From an uncultured Verrucomicrobiae bacterium (GTDB lineage Bacteria > Verrucomicrobiota > Verrucomicrobiia > Limisphaerales > UBA11358): 64,000 bases of DNA. The stretch is from assembly GCA_963842445.1 (NCBI GenBank), contig CAWJHF010000017.1, positions 11,706-75,705 of the forward strand. The letters run 5' to 3'. This document shows positions 58,813-64,000 of this stretch, piece after piece (within the stretch, counting starts at the first letter, position 1; every line of letters begins with the position of its first letter). Made by a program: the position numbers and the translations under genes. The notes beneath the pieces are model-generated. The model was not told the origin of the DNA. It saw only the letters and a list, made by a program, of their open reading frames with translations, and ran no database searches.

Positions 58813-59523
58813 TTATTTGACTGCAAAAGTGAAATTCACGGTCACATCGCTGTCCTTCACTTCCACGTCCTGCGTCTGTGAACCGAGCTTGCGGTGGTCG
58901 GCCTCTACGGTGTATTTGCCGGGCGGCACGTTTTTGATGACGAATTTGCCGTCTGGGCCGCTGACGCAAAAGTAAGGGCTGTCAATGACGCTCACCCAGG
59001 CGAACATCCACGGATGCACGTCGCATTTGAATCTCAAGAACATCTCCGGTTTCGGAAAGGTGTAGGTCAAATCCGCGCCGCCGGGCATCTGCGCGTCGTT
59101 GTGCTCGTCGTTGCCGACCACGGTGGGCGTGCAGTGGACGTTGTGGATGCAGTTGTCGGAATTTTTGACGACCAGTTTCTGGCCGGTCTGGATCGCCAGG
59201 ATTTGAGGCTCATACAAACAGCCCTTTTGGTCGAGCACGACGGCTGGTGCGCTGGCGCCAGTGGATTTGCCGGTGACGCCCTTCAGCGAAACCACCACGT
59301 CGGCTAGTTCACCCTTCGGTCCGACGACATAAAAATGCGTTGTGGGCGTGGTTTTGTGCATCGCCGCACAATCCGCATTGTCCATGAGCGGCGCGATGGG
59401 GATTTCCTGCGGCGGCGTGCCTTTGAGGATGATGGTGCCAATGATGTCCGCCCCGCGCGCGGCCGCCGCGACGGCCAGCATCGCGGTCAACAGCAGAACC
59501 AGAGAGAATTTTATGTCTTTCAT
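58813..59523 (-). CDS. secreted cupredoxin-like (type-1 copper) protein with a C-terminal CarboxypepD_reg-like beta-sandwich
   Basis: Signal peptide; NVH...FKCDVHPWM (an amicyanin-like C-x2-H-x2-M ligand set); C-terminal GKFVIKNVPPGKYTVEA. Confidence 0.6.
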   Translation of the reverse strand: MKDIKFSLVLLLTAMLAVAAAARGADIIGTIILKGTPPQEIPIAPLMDNADCAAMHKTTPTTHFYVVGPKGELADVVVSLKGVTGKSTGASAPAVVLDQKGCLYEPQILAIQTGQKLVVKNSDNCIHNVHCTPTVVGNDEHNDAQMPGGADLTYTFPKPEMFLRFKCDVHPWMFAWVSVIDSPYFCVSGPDGKFVIKNVPPGKYTVEADHRKLGSQTQDVEVKDSDVTVNFTFAVK

Positions 59524-59727
59524 TTTTCGAGAATTCAACAAAGCGGATGCAGTTTATCATCCGCCCTAATCAACGGCAAGCCCGTTGTGAAAAATTTCAC
59601 AAGCGCTCATTGTCTTCCTCGTTTGTTTGACGGCGGCTAATCGCCGGCGTTCAAATCAGCCCACTTGCGTGTTTTTTTCGCGCCGGAGAAAACCCGTAGT
59701 GATTGCCCGGCTTCATGAAAAATCATT

Positions 59728-59774
59728 GGGCGGAGTTCAAACCGCTGAAACGCAGCGAGTGGTTTGCAAATCCC
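59728..59774. repeat. family C-related hairpin at the 3' end of the small membrane ORF
   Basis: gggcggagttcaaacc ... ggtttgcaaatccc are imperfect inverted arms. Confidence 0.6.
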
Positions 59775-59993
59775 TCACGACTTTCGCGTCATCCGAAAAA
59801 TGGTGATGCCCACAAAAAGTCCAACCTGGCCGAGCACGGTCCCGAGCCAGCCCCAATGAAAATAGAACAAGGTCGCGAGGGAAATCAAAATGGACAAGCC
59901 GCACCATAGCAGGCGTGATTCGTTTTCAAATTCCGCCGCGCGGTAATAGAAAGCCGCAAATAGGGCGATCATCAAAATTGTAAAATAGGGCAT
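59775..59993 (-). CDS. small membrane protein, function unknown
   Basis: 72-aa ORF with 2-3 hydrophobic helices. Confidence 0.4.
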   Translation of the reverse strand: MPYFTILMIALFAAFYYRAAEFENESRLLWCGLSILISLATLFYFHWGWLGTVLGQVGLFVGITIFRMTRKS

Positions 59994-60003
59994 CGCTTGA
60001 AGT

Positions 60004-60507
60004 TCACGCTCCGTTTTCGATGTTGAGGTTTTTCATCACCCGCGCCATGGCCAGCGCGGCCTGCGCCGCCTCCGTGCCGCGATTGTGTTTGGGGTTCAGG
60101 CAGCGAACGCGCGCCTGCTCTTCGTTTTCCAAAAGCAGCACTTCGTGAATGACGGGGATTTCATGCGCGAGCTGGATTTCCATGAGCGCGCGGCTCACGG
60201 CTTCGCCAATGTGCGCGGCATGGACCGTTTCGCCGCGCAGGATGACGCCGAGACAAATGATGGCTGAAAGACGGGATGCGAGATCCGTGCTGCGTGCTGC
60301 GTTTTTCGCCAGCCTGGCGGCGACCACGGGAATTTCATACGCGCCCGGCACGCGGATGATTTGGATCCTTGGAACATCGGCGCGCCACAACTCCGCCTTG
60401 GCCGCGCGCAACATCGAATCCACGTAACGCGCGTTGTAGCGCGACGCGACGATGGCAAATGAGCCGCTGCCCATCTGCGTTTCCGCTTGTTGGTTTCTGC
60501 GAAGCAT
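60004..60507 (-). CDS. ribH: 6,7-dimethyl-8-ribityllumazine synthase
   Basis: [18 protein letters not shown], and [10 protein letters not shown]... motifs. The start is 60507 or 60474. Confidence 0.85.
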   Translation of the reverse strand: MLRRNQQAETQMGSGSFAIVASRYNARYVDSMLRAAKAELWRADVPRIQIIRVPGAYEIPVVAARLAKNAARSTDLASRLSAIICLGVILRGETVHAAHIGEAVSRALMEIQLAHEIPVIHEVLLLENEEQARVRCLNPKHNRGTEAAQAALAMARVMKNLNIENGA

Positions 60508-60689
60508 TGCGGACGATTAAATCACGAATCCGCCCTCCGAAGCAATACTGCGAGGGTGGACGGGCGCGAAAGAACACGCACGAATTGTCCCGGCCAACTC
60601 CTTTGGAGTCTGCGACAGTCTTGTCACCTTTTTTCACCGCCCTGTTAGCGCTGCCACTGATAGGGCGATTTCAACACCCTTGAATTACT

Positions 60690-61547
60690 TCATTCAAAGG
60701 CGCTTTTTGCCGCGGGCGGTCCGGATGGGGCTGGCGATCCGGACGGGGTTGGCGGCTGTGCGCGGAGAACCTTTACCTCTTCGGGTGTCACCTCAAGTCC
60801 GGAGTTTCCGAAGGAATTGTAAACGAAGGTCAGGACATTCGCGATGTCATGGTCGTTGAGCGGGAACGAAGGCATGCTGTTGTTGAATTTCATCCCATTC
60901 ACCACCACTTCCCCCTGCCGGCCAAAGATTACAGTTTTGATGGCCCGGTCCTTGTCAGCATTTAGAAAGTCCGATCCGGCCAAAGGTGGAAACACGTTGG
61001 GAAGTCCCCGTCCCGTGGGTTGATGACAGGCGGCGCAAATGGAGGTAAACAGCCGCCGGCCCAGTTCGATCCGTTCGGCCTTTGATTTAGCGACGCCGGG
61101 CGGCGGGGCCACACCACGCAGGCCGCCGTCGTCCACCCAGTTCCGGATCATCAACCTTTCCTCGTCGGTGAGCGCCAGTGATTCAGGGCTGTTGGCGACC
61201 GGCATTGCCTCTTTGTAATAGGTTCCTTTCCAACTGTCCCAAATCCGCCTTTTGATCTCCCAACGATCGGCGTAGGCCGTTTTATAGTCCAGCCAGTCGT
61301 AAACGAACCGGGACTGTTGGTTGTGGCAGCGGGAACAATTGCCCATGAAGATCGGCTGAATATCGCGGAGGTAAGTCGGGGCTTGATTGGTTGATGCGGG
61401 AGTCATGGCTTTGCTGTCATGTGCCACTGGCGGCGTGCTCTGCGCCAAAGTTTTGGCTAACACGAGGCACCCAATCACCACCGTTACACACGGCCAGACT
61501 AATCGCGCCCGCCGCCGCTGCTGATTCAGAAACAGGAATGTATGCAT
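60690..61547 (-). CDS. dihaem c-type cytochrome (PSCyt1-like N-terminal domain + class I cytochrome c domain)
   Basis: Signal peptide; IQPIFMGNCSRCH; and CAACHQPTG...NNSMPSF. Confidence 0.75.
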   Translation of the reverse strand: MHTFLFLNQQRRRARLVWPCVTVVIGCLVLAKTLAQSTPPVAHDSKAMTPASTNQAPTYLRDIQPIFMGNCSRCHNQQSRFVYDWLDYKTAYADRWEIKRRIWDSWKGTYYKEAMPVANSPESLALTDEERLMIRNWVDDGGLRGVAPPPGVAKSKAERIELGRRLFTSICAACHQPTGRGLPNVFPPLAGSDFLNADKDRAIKTVIFGRQGEVVVNGMKFNNSMPSFPLNDHDIANVLTFVYNSFGNSGLEVTPEEVKVLRAQPPTPSGSPAPSGPPAAKSAFE

Positions 61548-61593
61548 GGCTGCTGCTGGTTTGAATAATCAATCGCAATTTTCATCACTGGCA

Positions 61594-62964
61594 TTAAAAC
61601 CCCAGGGAAAGCTGCAATAAAAGTTGGTTGGTTTGGGTTGGGTCGGTGCTGTGGAGAACCTCATAGTCGCCTTCGAAAAGCAGCGTGTTCGTGATGTAGT
61701 AAATGAAACCCGCGGTGTATCGCCGGGTTTTGGTTCCCAGCCCGTCGTGCAAGGAGTCGTAGCGGCTCACGAGTTCCATATCATTGATGAACGGCAGCTC
61801 CAGATTCAATCCGGCCAGCTTGTAGCTGGCCTGCACAAACCACCCTTGTTGGCGGATGAGACCGAGGTCGTCGCTTCCGTAACGGGATATAATATATTCA
61901 CCCTTGGCCTCAAAGTCTGGCCCCAGGTGCAAGGCCGCATCAAATACGCCCGCCGACCAAAGATGGGTCCCCGCGTTGTCCCATTCGCCGGATTGGCCGG
62001 AAATTCCGAGTTCCAAGTCGTAATGGGGTTTGTATGGGAATGGCAAAAACACCCCCAGACGCGCGCCGCCGGACGGGTCGCTGTGCAGATTCGCCACCAC
62101 GCCGTCGGACCGGAGCCCCACATTCCCGCCCAAATCCAGCGCGCCGGCATCTCCGGTCCCATCCGCCGAACTTGGCCCGTTCACTCCATATACCGAATAA
62201 TTAACGAACTTGCCGTCGTCACCCAGCGGAACCGCTCCGCGCAACTCTGCCCCCACTCCGCTGCCGGGAAGCAGCGCATCCACCGCCAGCGGATCATCCG
62301 GAATCTTGTTCAACCACCCTGCGCCCCGCTCGGTATAGGTCCCGAGCGGCAGCAACAGTTCGCCAACGCACAATGTCATGTAATCATTCATCACATAATC
62401 CATCTGCGCAAAACTCAGATTGAAGGTAGTCGTGTAACCGGGGCTGTTGGTCGCGTTATTTTGGATGGTGGTATCAAAGCCGGCCTCGAACAAAATGTTG
62501 TCCCCGGCGCGATACAGAAAAATGGGCGCAAAATCGGCCAGCAAAAATGACCCGTGTTGTCCCAACGTCTTGTCGTATTGAAACTCCGCGTCGCCCAACA
62601 TCAGGAAGTTGTGATTGACGGTGGCCTCGTCAATGGGCTGCCTCGGAATCGGTTGCGTTTGCGCCGCCTCGACGACCTTCTGTTCCGTGTTCGTGGCCAG
62701 TTGTTGTGTTTCGGCGAGCTTTTCCTGGAGTTGTTGGAGCTGCTGCAGGTCTTTCTCATGCGCCTGCTCCACCAGCATGTTCGTCTGTTGCAAGCCCTGC
62801 ACCTGCTCGCTCAACTTCTGCACCGTCTCCTTCAAGGCGTTGAAGTCAGCATCGCTCACCTCGGCCGATGCGCGCGTTGGCAGCGCCATCCCCAGGGCGC
62901 AGCCTGCGACCACCATTCCAAACATCCAGCGGCGTGTATTCATTGTTTTTTGTTGGTTGCTCAA
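61594..62964 (-). CDS. outer-membrane porin (phosphate-selective porin O/P-like) with N-terminal coiled coil
   Basis: Signal peptide, a Q/L-rich coiled coil, alternating beta-strand pattern, and C-terminal ...LLLQLSLGF. Confidence 0.7.
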   Translation of the reverse strand: MSNQQKTMNTRRWMFGMVVAGCALGMALPTRASAEVSDADFNALKETVQKLSEQVQGLQQTNMLVEQAHEKDLQQLQQLQEKLAETQQLATNTEQKVVEAAQTQPIPRQPIDEATVNHNFLMLGDAEFQYDKTLGQHGSFLLADFAPIFLYRAGDNILFEAGFDTTIQNNATNSPGYTTTFNLSFAQMDYVMNDYMTLCVGELLLPLGTYTERGAGWLNKIPDDPLAVDALLPGSGVGAELRGAVPLGDDGKFVNYSVYGVNGPSSADGTGDAGALDLGGNVGLRSDGVVANLHSDPSGGARLGVFLPFPYKPHYDLELGISGQSGEWDNAGTHLWSAGVFDAALHLGPDFEAKGEYIISRYGSDDLGLIRQQGWFVQASYKLAGLNLELPFINDMELVSRYDSLHDGLGTKTRRYTAGFIYYITNTLLFEGDYEVLHSTDPTQTNQLLLQLSLGF

Positions 62965-62980
62965 GTCATCGCCCGGCCGC

Positions 62981-63352
62981 TCAACGGCCGCTGTTTTCCT
63001 GGAGGTATTGCAAAATCAATTTTGCCTGGCTCACGGGGATGTTCGCGCGCACCTGCATGTGCAGCATGATGGTTTTCCATTGCGCCCCCGTCCGCTCGGT
63101 TGGATAACGCTCCTGATGGCACCGGTTGCAATGCATCGAATAAAGTTCCGCCCCGGTGAGTTGCCTTTTCGCCACAACCTGCTTTGTATCCTTATCCGGC
63201 GTTCTGGCTTTCAAGGCCACGGAATTGGTTTGTGCCGGCGCGGAATCCGTTTTCGCCGGCGGCTGGGCCTGAACCGGCGTCAAGCCGGAGCCGAACAGGC
63301 ACGCGCCGAACAGCGCCGCCGCGCCCCACAAAATCAGTTTCTGTCTTTTCAT
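62981..63352 (-). CDS. small monohaem c-type cytochrome-like protein
   Basis: Signal peptide and a single CNRCH motif. ATG at 63352. Confidence 0.55.
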   Translation of the reverse strand: MKRQKLILWGAAALFGACLFGSGLTPVQAQPPAKTDSAPAQTNSVALKARTPDKDTKQVVAKRQLTGAELYSMHCNRCHQERYPTERTGAQWKTIMLHMQVRANIPVSQAKLILQYLQENSGR

Positions 63353-63742
63353 AGGTGTTGTGTTCGCAGTTGCTATTTTGCCTTGCGCCCTTCCATCATC
63401 GTTTTCCTTTCCCAAATCGCACTCCACATTTCTTGCCATTTAGACACCATTTTTGGAATAATGCAATCTTTTTTTAATGCAAATCATAAAAAGGTAATAT
63501 TAACAGGTGCGCTAAATGTTCCAAGCAGCATGGCTAAAACCTGGATCTGGCGGGGTTTTGTCCGGGAAAATAGTCCGGCAAATAAAAAGTCAGCGATTGG
63601 GAGGGTCGCTGTGCCGGCGACCCAAATTTTTCAGGGACCGCGGCACGCCGTCCCTCCCCAAAATCAATGAGGCGCGCCTCTTTGGTTTCGGTCTTGATTG
63701 GATTTCAGAAATAAAAATCTGTGTCATCCGCGAAATCCGCGG

Positions 63743-64000
63743 TTAAAGCAAATGCCCCATTTTCTGCCGCTTTGTTTTCAAATACCGTTCGTTGTGGGGA
63801 TTGGGTTTCACGCGAATCGGCACCTGCTCGACAATTTTCAATCCGTAGCCCTCCAGTCCGACGACTTTTTTTGGATTGTTCGTCAGCAGCCGGATGGTTT
63901 TCAAACCGAGATCCACGAGGATTTGCGCCCCAAGACCGTATTCGCGCAAATCCATGTCGTAACCCAGTTTCTGGTTGGCCTCGACGGTGTCGTAGCCCTG
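63743..64000 (-). CDS. ribA: GTP cyclohydrolase II C-terminal part (RibA or RibBA); N-terminus outside the window
   Basis: ...[54 protein letters not shown] is the typical RibA C-terminus. Confidence 0.85.
   Translation of the reverse strand, partial: QGYDTVEANQKLGYDMDLREYGLGAQILVDLGLKTIRLLTNNPKKVVGLEGYGLKIVEQVPIRVKPNPHNERYLKTKRQKMGHLL

Noticed and set aside
60508-60689. Looked for an FMN (RFN) riboswitch in the ribH leader.
   Set aside because: Only a short resemblance is present (cagggcggtgaaa). The conserved RFN core segments are absent. The region instead holds a family C-like hairpin (60529-60563).

Overview
This is a 64-kb, gene-dense chromosomal segment with about 60 protein genes and two tRNA-Arg genes. 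By eye it is roughly 55-60 % G+C. The protein signatures look PVC-group or Verrucomicrobiota-like, but that is inference only. Gene content is mostly housekeeping. In order it contains: an ECF sigma factor fused to a membrane region, followed by a DUF3300/DUF2950 pair; a CbbX/SpoVK-type AAA+ ATPase and a lone IS200-like Y1 transposase; rimO; a tight eight-gene minus-strand cluster (ABC-2 permease-like protein, three SPFH/band-7 proteins, a P1B heavy-metal ATPase, an ABC ATPase, an ABC-2 permease and a conserved hypothetical); purS-purQ-orfX-purL; zwf-pgl; accA; a type I mannose-6-phosphate isomerase; a YqgE/AlgH protein; a DA1-like/LIM-like peptidase; tkt; an NtrB/NtrC-type pair; hemL; a multi-PAS kinase, response regulator and hybrid kinase phosphorelay; a complete aa3-type cytochrome oxidase cluster (cupredoxin, ctaA, ctaB, subunits I, III, IV and II, SCO1, DUF420); and ribH and ribA separated by a cytochrome c / porin / cytochrome c cassette. 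The most unusual signal is at sequence level rather than a gene system. Several families of short palindromic elements and 7-nt-period tandem arrays litter the intergenic spaces. The same elements also sit in frame inside conserved housekeeping genes: purL three times, hemL, rimO twice and a methyltransferase twice. This resembles the in-frame Rickettsia palindromic elements. Other points worth a second look are a diverged duplicate of the rimO 3' end bracketing the AAA+/transposase segment, a low-GC orphan gene wedged into the pur operon, a pseudoknot-capable structured RNA candidate with an intrinsic terminator upstream of accA, and shuffled near-identical PAS modules. I found no CRISPR array, rRNA, prophage or recognisable defence system. 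All family assignments rest on motif recognition by eye, with no database search.
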